Below, one piece after another: positions 1 to 13,224 of a stretch of DNA of 64,000 bases. The translations under genes and the position numbers were made by a program. The notes beneath the pieces were generated by a model. It was not told the origin of the DNA, did no database searches, and saw only the letters and a program-made list of their open reading frames with translations. The stretch is from NCBI RefSeq assembly GCF_009914755.1, contig NC_060930.1; one strand, given 5' to 3'. The number at the start of each line of letters is the position of its first letter. Position 1 is the stretch's first letter. This DNA comes from the human T2T-CHM13v2.0 reference genome, Homo sapiens.

Positions 1-950
1 CAGCCACCTCCTAAGAAGGGCTTCCTGCACATGTTTACAACACACCTCATCAGGGTCATTATAAGCTTTCTTTGACAACTAATAAGATTTCAGATATACT
101 TCTAAAAATCAAAAGAGCAATTTTATCAGCAAATACAGCACTTACAAGGGGAAGCAATATTATTAAAAATAATAATATTTTCCAAGTATTGTGATTTAAA
201 TAGCCATTACTCCAGTGTGGCAGTATTTAAGATAGTGTTAGCAGGAATCAGTAATGCCAAAAATTAAATATGACATTTACTTTGAAACCAGAGTTTATAC
301 AGTACGGTTCCCTTGTCCAAACAGATCAGAACGACACGTCTTTATGTTCTGTCTAAAGATAGTTGTCCTGCTATCACTACACATTTGTCTGGAGTGGGTG
401 GTCTGGGAGATGTAACTGTGTCCCTGCTCGGTAGGCTCAGCAGTTCACAGTGTCTGTTACTTCCAAATGCTGCTCGACTTTTGGCTGTTGGGTTCATCCT
501 CCTACGTTGAGTCAAAGGGGTCAGATAAGTCCTTTGGAATGTCTTGTTCCAAATCACTGCTGCTGTTACTAAGCAAAAGCAAAAACAGTGCAGCCGCAGC
601 CATGTGGGAACTGGCCTCGAGGCTTGAACAGTGGTGGATGAGACAGATGGGCTAATGCCAAGGACAGTTGCCCTACTGGTCACTTTCTTAGAGACTGGAA
701 ATAAATGCCATGGTCCCCTGTGCTCCAACTCATCTCTGTGTTGGTGACCTAGACCAAGGGCCATCTGAGCCTAGTGCGAGCATGCTCACATCTTTATGAG
801 CCTATCCTTGCCGGTGTGTTTTTGTGGACCAGTGTCTGTGCCTTTGCACCATGAGCTAATACTCCTGAGATATATTTATCTCAGGAGTCAAGTCAGTTTT
901 TCAGCTGCGCCAATGATTTGGTAGGGGTAAACCTTGAAGCAGGACAATTC

Positions 951-967
951 TTTTTTTTTTTTTTTTT
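951..967. repeat. poly(T)17 tract
   Basis: Mononucleotide run read directly. Confidence 0.9.
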
Positions 968-2225
968 AAATGAAGTAAAACAGCGTGTTAAGTAAGGGCT
1001 AATAGAACTAGTGTCTGAAGATGTTTTGTCTTGTAATATATGTGCATCACACAAGGTGGCAGAATAAGCATAAGGCGATCCTCCAAATGCCAGGCGGGGA
1101 TGCTGCATTGTTTGCAAGGCAGGAGCTGGTCACTAGCCCCTACCTTCACTGCTGCAGCTGCAGCTGCTGCTTCTCTGTGAGTGTGCTCACGTCTGTGTTT
1201 GAGGGGAATATGCCACGTAGTTTAATAATTTGCTGGCACCCCATCCTTTGCTTTCCATGAGAAACTGTGTTAGATGATTAGACCGCCCTGGTTTATGAAA
1301 ATGCATACCTACTCCTGGCTCTGGTTTATATGCTTTCTCTTTGATTGAAAATGCAAGCTCATTCTCCATCAGCATTCTAGTTCAACTCAAGGGCATTGTA
1401 AAAGCACAGCCACAGACAGTTTTATAACATAATATCAAATTTTAACTTTTTTCTTCTCCATATAGGGTGTAAATATGAAGTTAAATATTTATTGTTTGTC
1501 AAGCATATTAACACTGTTTGTTTCTCTCCATAAGGAGAATTAAAAGTTCCTGGATTTATTTTTAAATTTAATTGAATAGTTAATACTTAATTTTAATCAT
1601 TATTAATTTAATTTTTAATGTAGTCATTTTTATGGCTGAATTAAATATTTTACCAGACTCAAGCTTGTGAACAAGGCCATTAGCAATTGACTACATAGGA
1701 CTGTCAGGCCAAGCATCAGAAATACTACAGTAGAAATTTATCTGTACTATTAACCTATTCAGTACAAAGAAATGGGACATCTTTCAAAGTCATGAGGAAA
1801 ACATTTGATCTCTCAAATAAAAAAAATGGAAGCTACGCATAGGCCCCATTTCTCATATAAAATTCACGTGTCTTAGCTTCAGAAGTTTTAACTGACAACA
1901 ACTTATTTTCCCAAGTTCTATATGGAAAATATCAGGGTCAGCTATGGGAGGGGATAAAATGCTCATTCTCCATAAAGTAGGTCAGACAATTTGCCAAGCT
2001 AGATCACCAGGGAGACAGCTGACTATGGCTGGTCATCTTTGGTCAGTTCTTTCATCTTCTCTTCCCTATGATCACTGTTTTTCAAGGGCTTTCAATACTT
2101 CTCTCAAGTTCTGCTGGTTCCTGAATCTGTGTCTCTCCTCTCGCTTAGCTTAAATTGTAGTCCTTATTTCTAGGCTTCTTGCAGTTGGCTGCATCTCATC
2201 ATTTCCTCCTCCACCTAACACCTAC

Positions 2226-2427
2226 CAGCACTGTGCTGGAGTTAGCTCAGACTGGCTTGGGAAAGCCAATTTTGCATATCTTTTCCCAAGTTCTCAGTCA
2301 GTGACGTCAGGTTGAAAGCTTAAATTGGCCATGGTGGGAGTATTTACACCACAAAAATCAGCCAACACCATGAAAAGTCAGGGCTCTTCCCTCCCATCCT
2401 CCAAGCCAGTGTACCTGCCCACCACTA
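2226..2427 (+). mobile_element. MER63-like hAT (Blackjack) non-autonomous DNA transposon
   Basis: Matches remembered MER63A: CAGTGACGTCAGGTTGAAAGCTTAAATTGGCCATGGTGGGAGTATTTACACCAC; degenerate TIRs CAGCACTGTGCTGG / CCTGCCCACCACTA. Confidence 0.85.
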
Positions 2428-3019
2428 TGTAAGACCATGGATTCCAATGAAGAACCCCAACTCCAAGTTGATTCTGTCATTTCACACCCCTGAATATGTG
2501 GTTAATGGCACACCGCATGAAGTTAATCTTCCATGTGTTAACCTCCCTAACTGGAAAAAAATATATTTATTCACAGAACTGATGGTATTCTTGTTCATGT
2601 TTAGGAAAGACAGATGACTGCATTACGCAGCTGGTGTGCCATTTAAACCATTGTGCACACAGCAGCTGGGCAGAGATTTAAATGGAAAATGTCTCCACCT
2701 ATAGACCATGCCAAAAATGAACTGCAAATGGTCCAAACACCACAGTAAGTTTCGTGAAATGTCTGACACTTCTTCAATATACTGGCTACTCCTAGAGAGC
2801 TTGGCATTGTTGCCCAGTGCAGAGAATTGCAAAGTCACTTGATTTTTGAGGGAATTTACAATCTGCTTTATCTTGTGGGTTTTTGTTCCTCTAAAAAGAG
2901 ATGTCCCAACTTTCTGCACTACATTGGAATCTTTTCTCCTAGAATTCAAATAATCTGTCAAGGTCAAGTATTCAAAGTGTTCAAAAATTCATAAAAATTC
3001 AGAACATTCTTTAATCTGG

Positions 3020-4086
3020 AATTCAAAGCCCTCTCCAATATTTTTCCAGCCTACTTCCCAATCTGTTGTTCTCTGTGATTTCTGACCACTCCATCTTTGC
3101 TCACACTGTATCTTCCGCCTGAAGTGTTTTTTATTTAATCTTCTCTATTTTATTAAAACTTTATCCTGTTTCAAGGCGGATGTGAAAATCCACCCCTCTA
3201 TAACGCTTTCCTGATTTCCCCACTTGGAAATACATATGTTCTTCACAGGACACTTACAACAGTTTCTATACCTGTTAGGTTGCTTACTAATTTTTATATT
3301 TGCACATGTGTTTTATCTTCCTTACTAGATTTGAAAACGTAAGCCGTGCGTGCTGGTTATTAAGCTATTGACTCTCTGCTCAATTTGCCCTTTTTCACTC
3401 TGCATATGAAGCTGGGGCTGATACTATGCAAACCATACGTCTGGTTTGCTGGCTGCTTCCTGTCAGGGGCACCAGGTGGAGAAACTGGAAGGAAGAGGTG
3501 GGAGGGAGACGGAAATTGTTTCTTCCTGTTTGCTTCATGTTCCTGAAAACGATATTCCAAGGATGGCACATCACTCAGTCAGTAGCAGTTGGTTCCAGCC
3601 TGCAGCTTCTCTCCAAATGCCAGAACCCACCTCATAGTGTCCCTCAGAGGCACCAGCATCATCCATGTTTCTCAGGCATCTGGACCCCAGCTCCTTGAGG
3701 CCTGTCCTGTGAGCTTTGCTAAGTAGAAGCCCCTGCTCAGATATTAGAGCCCAGCTCTGAGTGGGCCCTCCTCTAGCTTCTAGGTCCTTCCCTATGTTTC
3801 CTCAGCCCAAGAATGCACCGCGTCTTGCAATTATGAAGTCTATGTTGCCCCAACCTTCCTTCTAAAAGGTCGTTTCGGTTCTCTAACACCCGCATTATCA
3901 ATTCTCTATAATAAATACCCTGTTGAAATATCCAGTGTGGTTTGTCTGTTCCTGACTGGACCCTGAATGCTACACAATGACCGATCCATCTGGTTTCCTC
4001 CTTTGTCCAACCCCTAACCCAGTTCCTACCAGTGTGGTTTGCACACAGTAATTCCTTAATAAATATTTGTTGAACGGATGAATGAA
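3020..4086 (+). mobile_element. L2 3' end fragment, split by an ERVL LTR at 3349-3974
   Basis: L2 3' motifs TTTTATCTTCCTTACTAGATTTGAA and terminal GCACACAGTAATTCCTTAATAAATATTTGTTGAACGGATGAATGAA. Confidence 0.7.
3349..3974 (+). mobile_element. Solo ERVL LTR (LTR33/LTR41 group)
   Basis: Starts GTGCTGGTTATTAAGCTATTG; internal GCAGTTGGTTCCAG and CCTCAGAGGCACCAGCA; AATAAA near 3910; ends CCTGACTGGACCCTGAATGCTACA. Confidence 0.8.
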
Positions 4087-5367
4087 TATTTATTAAGATA
4101 AAAGATCCTGCTATATTTCATTATTCTGTCTTTTCTTCTCCATTTTCATGATTACTATGTTCAAATAAGAAGCCTCAGTTATCATTCATGGGCAATTTTA
4201 GTGGGTCAGGAAGCATTTCCTTGGGGTTTATGGGATGGTTTAAAATGCATGACTTGCCACTATACTTCACAAGCAGTAGAAAACAACATATGCATTATGC
4301 AGGGCTCCTTTGTGTTGATCACTCTTCTGCAGACTTTAGAGAAGTTTTTGTACTGAGAAAGATGCTACTTTCCTCATGTGTACTGGTAACAGAAATGGAC
4401 ATGATTTATGATATGCACATCAAGAGGGTGACTCTATTAGCCACTCTTTTACTCCCTCTTGAAACTGAATAAGGATTTTTTTTTGAGGATATGATTTAAG
4501 GCCAGATTGTGTAGAAAACAGCTGCTCTACAAGCATGTGAATAATTGCTGCTTTAACCAGAGTAAACTTTGCAGAAGGCTGAAGGCATTATCCATTACAT
4601 TAGAAGAAGATAAAAAGAGCGCCAAGGGGAATGTAGAAACTGACCAACTGGGTAATCAGCAAGGATGTGATTATTCTAGACTGGAATATATGAAATGCTC
4701 AAGTCCAGATATGTGATGCACACATAGAAATCTATTAAAATTGTATACATCTCGGTTCCTGCCTCCCTCCCTCCCAGGGCTTACATCAGCTTAAACAACT
4801 GATATCATTAAAGTGCCTTTGAGGAAACTCCTTGAATACAGGTGGGAAACTGGCAGTTATGGCAATGATAGTAGCTGGAATATTTTTACTCTGTGTTTTA
4901 CTGATTTTGACCATCATTAGCATACAGACAAAGCCAGAATCTAGTGAACAAATGAAGCATCACTAAACCACTCGGGAGATAAGCCACACCCTGTGCTCAC
5001 TGTTTTCACGTAGCCTATGTCATTTGGGAATCATGCGAACATCATTCCTCACCAAAAATGTGACTTTGCTTAATATATTGTTTGCTAAATATAAATAACC
5101 TAGAGGTAGGTAAGTTGCAGATCAGCAGTGTTGAGAAACTTTTTCTAAATCCTTCTAATCTAATCTTCAACACCTATATTACAGTATTTGGACTTGGATA
5201 ATTTTCTGTAACCAACAGAACACCAGGAAACTTTCAAAAACATACAGTTTTTGGCTCTCTAAAAAAAAGGATAAAGAAAACGCATTCTGAAGAGGATCAC
5301 TGAAGTGGTTTGAAGCATGGATGGGCACCCCGGGAGTGAGTTGGTATTATGTCTGCATGTACTTTGG

Positions 5368-5580
5368 GGTAGCATGATGTTGTGTAACAACCACAGGCTT
5401 TGAGTTGGTAGAACTGAGTTTAAGTCTTATCTCCTCTGCTAGCAAACCTCAGTTCTCACTTTTATAAAATGGGGATGGCAATATCTCCCCAACAGATTAC
5501 AGGGAGGATCAAGTGCTCTTACCTTTGTGAAAGCTCTTGGGACAGTGCCAAGCTTGTAGTAGGTTCACAATTAATGCTGG
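5368..5580 (+). mobile_element. MIR SINE
   Basis: Core CCTCAGTTCTCACTTTTATAAAATGGGGAT and 3' GTGAAAGCTCTTGGGACAGTGCCAAGC. Confidence 0.8.
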
Positions 5581-7354
5581 TTGAGTTTGAAAGGACCAGG
5601 TGTAGAAGTTGGCATAGGAAGTCACAATGGAATAGGCTAGTGGTCAGCACAGGTGCTGAAATCCCTGGCTGGCCTCACAGGGTGAGTGGAACACTGTCCC
5701 ACCACAAGGAAAGCTATGGTAATTCTTCCGTGCCTCTGGAACATGTGATCAGGTGTGAAAATCAGTGGGCTCAGAATAGGGTGCAGAGAAGGTGGATGGG
5801 GGTGTGGCCTCAGGGCAAATGAAGCACTGGAGGCTTGTGAGTCCTTGCATCATTTCTTGGCCATGAAAGCCCCTCATGTACAAACTCAGACCCTCTGCTG
5901 TCCCACCACTCCAACATCCCAGTATCTTTATCCTCTTCCTCTTAGGCCCATGTTGTCAAAACATCATACCTCTGATCTGAGCATGCTTCGCTCTACACCT
6001 ATAAACTCCATGTCTGTGCAGTTTGAGTTCTAAGTTTTACAGCTGTTTTGTCCTCCCAGACTGCACACTATTTCATCTCACTGCTAAACATTTTCTTGCC
6101 TTAGGTAGTCTATGTCCCTCCTTCATATGTGTTACTCCTAATTAGCTATGATATTGGAAATCAGCTCCCCACTCTTCAGAATCATGGGAAAAATAAGCAT
6201 AAATGATTGATGATAAAACCCCAGGTGGCTTTCCTATGAGTCAAGTGCCTCAGCTTTAGTGTCTGGAGTTAGTGGCATATTTTGGCTGCTTTGAGACCTC
6301 TTTACTTTCTTCTTAGTTCGAAGCTGTGTTCTGAAAAGGTGACATTGCTTATTGTAAAGTTCTAGATGAAATATTATTGTATTGTCCTTAATCCTTTTCT
6401 GGTAATAGGGGACAATATTACTGATTCACTGGGCACCTGCCATTAAGTGGAGAGAGACAGCATTATGTGCTGCCTCGTTTTGAAGGGCTCCTGGTGTTGA
6501 TAAGAGCATTCAGAAGAGCTCGATGCAGACACTAACTTATCTGGCCTCCTTGGCAATTGCTTGTGGATGAATGGGCAAGTCAAGTCCTTGTAAAGAAAGG
6601 TCAGGATGAAGGTTAACAAATATATTTTTGAGGTTTGAGACATGAATAAGCAGAAACTGTCAGAGGTTGAAAGGGAAAAGAAAAGGGAAAAAGGGAATTC
6701 AGGACCATTTTCAGACAAGAGAGGAGAAAGAAAGCAGACAAAGAAACATATGGGGGAGGAAGTAGAGAAAGAATTAATGAATACTGGCACAGTGACCCTC
6801 CGCTGCAGTGGGATTAATAGGTCTAGGTGAGCATCCCTTGACTAAGACTGATCGCTGAGTACAGACACAAAATATAAGGGCCAGCTCCAGGAAAATCCAT
6901 GGAGAGAAGCACAGTGTGATTAAGATGCAGTCCCTGCTAAACTCTGACCTGGGAGAGTGAAGAGAAAGTGAAAGGTGAGTCACTAGGAAATAGTATGAGC
7001 GATATTGTGATGAGAAGAGAAAGTTAGGGAGTCAGAAGGTGGAACAGTAGTTTGAAATAAACTGTGCAGCTTAGCATGCTGGGGCAGAGGTAAGCAGTGG
7101 CAAAGAGGGATAGAGCATGAGGACCCTTGGTGTCATCTGGTGAGGTCCAGGAAACCAGACATTGAGGGCATGGAATGAAGGACTCTAGATATTTCTGTGC
7201 TAGCAAAAGATACACAAAGGAGAGCTGCATTTTGGGCTGGAAGGGCCTGTAGGGGAATGTGGGTAATGTGCATGGTAAATCTTACACAGTAATATTAGCC
7301 AGTGGCATTGCAAATTGATCTTGCCTCTTTGCCAAGTACTGTCCTAAGACTTGG

Positions 7355-8120
7355 GCTACCACCATCTCTGGTCTGAGCCACTGTCGTTCCTTGCCTGGAT
7401 TACTTAATAGCTTCTTAATTGGATTTCCCACTTTCACCCTTGCCCTCTAAGGTCTATTTTCAATAGGGCAAGCCAGAATGATATGTTTTAAACTGTAAGA
7501 TCTTATTTCTTTTCTGCATAAAACCTTGTGATGATCTCCTCTTCACCCAAAGTAAAAAACAAAGTTCTGACAAGGATTTACAAGGCCATACATGATCTGT
7601 GCCCTCCCAGCACTGTTCCTCTGTCATTCTGCTTCCTATGATTCTTCCACTTGTTTAGTCTGTGCCAGTTAAATGCCCCCCTTGCTATTCCTCAAATATG
7701 CCAGGTGTACCACTTCCCAGGGACCTTGGCTGGTCGTTTCCTCTGCCTGGAGTGTTCTTTCTCCCAGATACCCACATGGCTAACTCTGTCACCTCCTTTG
7801 CTCAAATGTCGTCTTCTCAGTAAGTCCTGTATTGACCACCTTATTTAAAATTGTCACTCACATATTCCCCTTCTGCATGTCCTCCCCACTTCATTCCAAT
7901 CTTTTCCTGATTTTTCTTTATTGCCATAGCCCTTATCACTTTCCAACATACTATGTAATCCAATTATTTGGTTTGTTGTTCATTGTTTGTCTCCTCCATT
8001 AGGAGCTTCCACTGTGAGCTCCACAGGGAAGGAATTAATAAATTGCTCATCAGTGTACCCCAAGTGACTAGACCACACCTAGTCACCTAGAAATCACTTG
8101 GTTTTGGACTGACTGACTTA
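7355..8120 (+). mobile_element. L2 (L2a-like) 3' fragment
   Basis: TTGCCTGGATTACTTAATAGCTTC, CAAGGCCATACATGATCTG, CCTCTGCCTGGAGTGTTCTTTCTCCCAGATACCCACATGGCT, ends in a GACT/GAAT-like repeat. Confidence 0.85.
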
Positions 8121-8661
8121 ATGGAAAATAAGAATGAACTAAATGTGGGTAGTGGAGAAAGGCAGGGGAAGGAGATTGTTCACATTTGAGCAAAGTTAAG
8201 TACAATGGGAATGGCGGGCGGCATGGAAGGATAAGACTAGAAAGTAGGTGATAAGGATTTTGGTCCAGGGGAGATGAGAAGCCATGTAATTATTCTAAGT
8301 GGTGGTGATGACATAGTTTGATTTGCATTTGGAAAAAAAAATCAGTAGCTGAGTAGGGACAACCATTGAAATTGCTGGTTACAGGAGGCCAAGAAAGAGA
8401 TGGTAGCTTAGACCAGGAAGATGTTGATATAGGAGAAAGTGGTGGATGGATTATAGAAATATTTGCACATGCCAGAATAGAGTAGTGAGCAAAGTTTGTG
8501 GGGGAAAACAAAACAAAAAATGAAAAGCAGGAAATGGCAAGCCTGGCTTCCATGCTGGATGGATAGTAGCATCATTCATTGCAATGAGGAACCCTGGGAA
8601 AGGATCAGGTTTTGGAGGAGAGATCATGAGTTCAATTGGCGACAGGTTGAATGTGAGATGC

Positions 8662-9350
<689 letters not shown>

Positions 9351-10267
9351 GATGGCTTTCAGACACTTGAGTGGGGAGATGAAACAAGTAACTAAACATG
9401 CATGTCTGCAGCTCAGAGAAGCCCTTAGTCCTGGAGCTACACCTTTGGAAGTCATCTTATAGAAGGTAATTGAACTAGCTTGCTGTCCTGGGGGTGAATA
9501 GCAGGATGACTGAGAGCTAGTCACCTTCTGCAAGTGTCCAAACCACCCCAACATGGAAACTCACTCACCCTTGCCATCTGAGATGGAGGGAATATAGTCT
9601 ACCCAACCTTCTAGTCCCACTCTCTACTTCCTTACTTGTTTTGCCACCCCTCTCTCCTATCTCCAAATTCCTGCCAGCGGCCTGCATTATCAGGCCTTCA
9701 GCCTGTTCAGAGTTTAGAAGCTCCAACATATTTAGGGAGTTTGTCATCACCAGTCCCTGACTTAGTGGATGTGGAAGGGCAGATTAGAGATCCCCTCATC
9801 TTGAAAGGAGAAGAGCATATTTGGAATAATCTTCCATGACCTGATATGGGGAGGAAGACAGATGGTTGTTCCTTCACAACTCTACTACTCTTGTGCCCCA
9901 TAAAAGACCTGCACCCCTTGTAACCCTCATCATATCAGTGCTGGGAGTTGTTGCTGGAGTGTCCAATCTGATAACAGAAGGCTTCTGTCTATTAATCCCA
10001 AGAAAGGTTGGGGAGAGGCGTTTTTCTAATCTCAGAACAGGGATGGTGGAGGTGAGGAGGGAAAGAGGTCCCAGGGATAGGGGTTGGGTTATTTCGTGCA
10101 TTTTATCCTCAGTAGTAGGCTCTACTTGTTGAGAAATCTGGGAAAACAGAAAGCTTTCTTATCTCACACCTAATGAAACCTCCCTGACAGAGAGGGAGAA
10201 GGTAGTAGAGCCAAATAGGCTAGGCCTCAAAAGTGCAGGAGAATTTCTTTCTCCTTCTTCTTCCCTT

Positions 10268-10645
<378 letters not shown>

Positions 10646-10744
10646 TTCTTTCTTTCTTTCCTTCCTTCCTTCCTTCCTTCCTTCCTTCCTTCCTTCCTTC
10701 CTTCCTTCCTTCCTTCCTTTTTTCCTTTCTTTCTTTCTTCTTTT
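10646..10744. repeat. (TTCC)n/(TTTC)n polypyrimidine microsatellite
   Basis: About 100 bp of pyrimidines read directly. Confidence 0.95.
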
Positions 10745-10912
10745 GGGTTGAGGCACAATGGTCAGAAAGTGGAGTGAAGTGGACAAAAGAACATTCTGAT
10801 CTTGGAGTAGATAAGGTATGACATAAAAAACACCCAGTCTTCTGAGACTGTAAGGGAACAGTGTTCTCAGAGAAAGTCCTGGTTTTAATTAAAACCATGT
10901 CTTAATTAAAGA

Positions 10913-11232
10913 GAGGTCAGGGCGATGCTGGGGAAAGCTGAAGATATAGAGGAATTGACTGGTTATGAAACAGCAGTGCCAGGGGCCATGGCGGACAGGT
11001 TGAGGACGGTGGAGAGGCCAGGCAGTGGTGCAGGGGCTGGTGTTCAGGAGGTTTAGATGGTTGAAGGATGATGGTGCTGTTCAGAATAGATGGCCAGAGC
11101 AGATTATGGTTACAGCACTGATGGAAAAAAATTAATAGGGCTGATGGATGAGGTTTTGCAGAGAGGCAATAAAGGACCATTAGCCAGATGACTCTGTGGG
11201 CGTAAATGATGGCAAGCATCAAAACTGAACTC
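10913..11232 (-). mobile_element. Possible ancient L2-clade endonuclease-domain relic
   Basis: Weak translated similarity (LMVLY ~ IAVIYRPP; RHG..FIT ~ SHGHTLDLVIT); a similar L2 EN-like piece lies at about 10190-10235. Confidence 0.3.
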
Positions 11233-11284
11233 TTTGTGCTGTGAGCCTTGGGTTATGGCTGAAAAAGTTGCCAAATTGAATTTA

Positions 11285-11420
11285 TAAGTGTAAAATGTTC
11301 ATCCTATGAGACCCTGTAATTCTATTCCTATGAATGTTTGCTAAGAAAATAATTGAGCAGATAAAAAATGTTACATGTAAAGGAGGATCTTCATGACAGT
11401 GTTATAGTCATCACAATTTA
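11285..11420 (+). mobile_element. Old L1M(E) ORF2 C-terminal fragment
   Basis: ATCCTATGAGACCCTGTAATTCTATTCCTATGAATG..CTAAGAAAATAAT resembles the PYDPAIPLLGIYPKE-coding region. Confidence 0.55.
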
Positions 11421-11439
11421 AAAATACATTTATTTTTGA

Positions 11440-12383
11440 AACTCTTTTTATTCCCTTTACTCTTGAGACAACACACTGCTGCCTCAAAAATCTCTGCTTA
11501 CCTCTTTGTTGCTTCTTCCTTTTGTGAAGAAGAGAATGGCTGGCTATTTACAAAACCCATTTTATTTTCTTCCCAGACACACAGCTAGATGATATTTTTC
11601 AGCTTCCCTTGGAATTAAGTGGCCATGAAAATGGAGCTCTGGTCAACAGAATGTGGGCAGGAGTGATGTATGCTTCCCCCAGTTCTGGCCCCAAAAACTT
11701 CTCACCTGACTCTCTATCTTCGTTCTTTCCCCATTTAGTAAAGCCACAAGAAGGAAGGAATTGAGGTTCTTAAGTGTCCATGTGGAAGGCTGTCTACTAA
11801 CCGGGAACATCTGTACTAGAGTTATATGAATGGGAAGTAAACTTCTATTAGTTAAGCTTCTGAGATTTGGGGGTTTATCTGTTGGAATACTTAGCATTGC
11901 TCTAATGAATATACCTTGTTTGTGGTTTCTTAATCTTCCTGCCCCATACTCTTGGTGTTCTCTGAGTCTCAGACCACAACATATTTTCACTCTGTATATT
12001 CCCTCTGAGTGATCCTATTCATTCCCATGGCTTTATCTCCCATCTTTATGCTGTTGACTCATGTCTACTTCTCCCAATGAAACATCTCTCTGCATTCCAG
12101 AGCCTGTATTCAGTACTGTAGCAGGCATCTTCACCTGCTTACTGAGTCCTGAGACTCGAAGTATATAATATTTATTACATTATATTTCTTCAACCTGATT
12201 TCTCTTCTAGATTCTTAATCTCTGTGAATAGTGCCACCATCCAACCTATTGCCCAAGCAAGAAATCTAGAAGTCACTCCAGGTTCCAGCCCTCACCTCCA
12301 CCTCCCACACCCAAAGTCATATTAAATTGCATGTTTAGATATCTCGGATCTCCTCCTTTCTATCTAGTATCACTGTTCCAAGG
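11440..12383 (+). mobile_element. L2 ORF2 (RT) fragment, split by MLT1J
   Basis: CCCATGGCTTTATCTCCCATCTTTATGCTGTTGACTC (HLYADD-like) and GCCCAAGCAAGAAATCTAGAAGTCA. Confidence 0.75.
11523..11913 (+). mobile_element. MLT1J-like solo MaLR LTR
   Basis: CTGGTCAACAGAATGTGGGCAGGAGTGATGTATG, AAACTTCTATTAGTTAAGCTTCTGAGATTTGGGGG; TSD CCTTT(11518-11522)/CCTTG(11914-11918). Confidence 0.85.
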
Positions 12384-13224
12384 CAAAGATAACAAGGATG
12401 AGGAAAAGGAGAGATTCAGACCACATATATATAAAGTTATATGTCATGTTGCATAGCACGAAAAGGAATTGAACTGTGTGTCCATCACTAGAAGAGGAGG
12501 ATAAACATATGGAAAATCTCTGTCCTTTCACATCTAATCTGGTACTTAACTAGACCCTCACTCCATTCTCTCACCCTACATACCCAATTATTCCACCTTA
12601 ACCTTGGAGAGGAAGAAATCACATTGATCAATGCCTAGATGTGGATCTCGGTCTCAGGGAAGGTCATCAAGGGTAACCTGAGAGATGAATAATGTGGTGA
12701 ATAGAATATATATCTTTGATGAGCCTATGGAGATCTGAAGAAATATTTTATGGAGCTTTGGGTTAGACTAGATCTACTTCCATCCAATACAGATATGAAA
12801 AAGATCTTGCAGGGGGAGGGTTGTTAAAATGATGTCTTGGCCCATGAAGTCCAAGGCTGCAGATAATGGAGACACATTCACGACCTGGTAGCAGTGGTGA
12901 GCTGAAGCATGATTGCCATACCCTAGACCCTACCTTACATGAGCTGCTGCTGATAACAAGATCACAGTCTAACAATCTAGTTCCTTTGTCTCTTTCTCAT
13001 AATCCATAGTTCTTGAACAAAATAAATAGGAAAAAGCATTTGTTAAACTTACTGATGGTGTCTCTATTCGCAAACTGAAGTGGCAGAATCATGACTTGAT
13101 TAAAAAACCAAAAAACAAAAAAGAACTATTGACAAAGTACCCTAGTCCTGTGCTAATATCCCAGCCACATTTTAACTTGTTGAGATTGTTCGTTGTTCTC
13201 CCCAGGCAGTGAAGAAAGTTTTCT

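Noticed and set aside
502-603. Minus-strand 33-aa micro-ORF MAAAALFLLLLSNSSSDLEQDIPKDLSDPFDST resembling a signal peptide
   Set aside because: The hydrophobic stretch comes from a T-rich tract; no supporting evidence.
342-764. 140-aa minus-strand ORF
   Set aside because: No recognisable domain or homologue; length is compatible with chance. Kept only as a possible exon candidate.
9874-10101. KRLSPTFLG..VIRLDTP resembling a Gypsy integrase GPF module
   Set aside because: The PF residues are missing and there is no integrase core nearby; probably chance.
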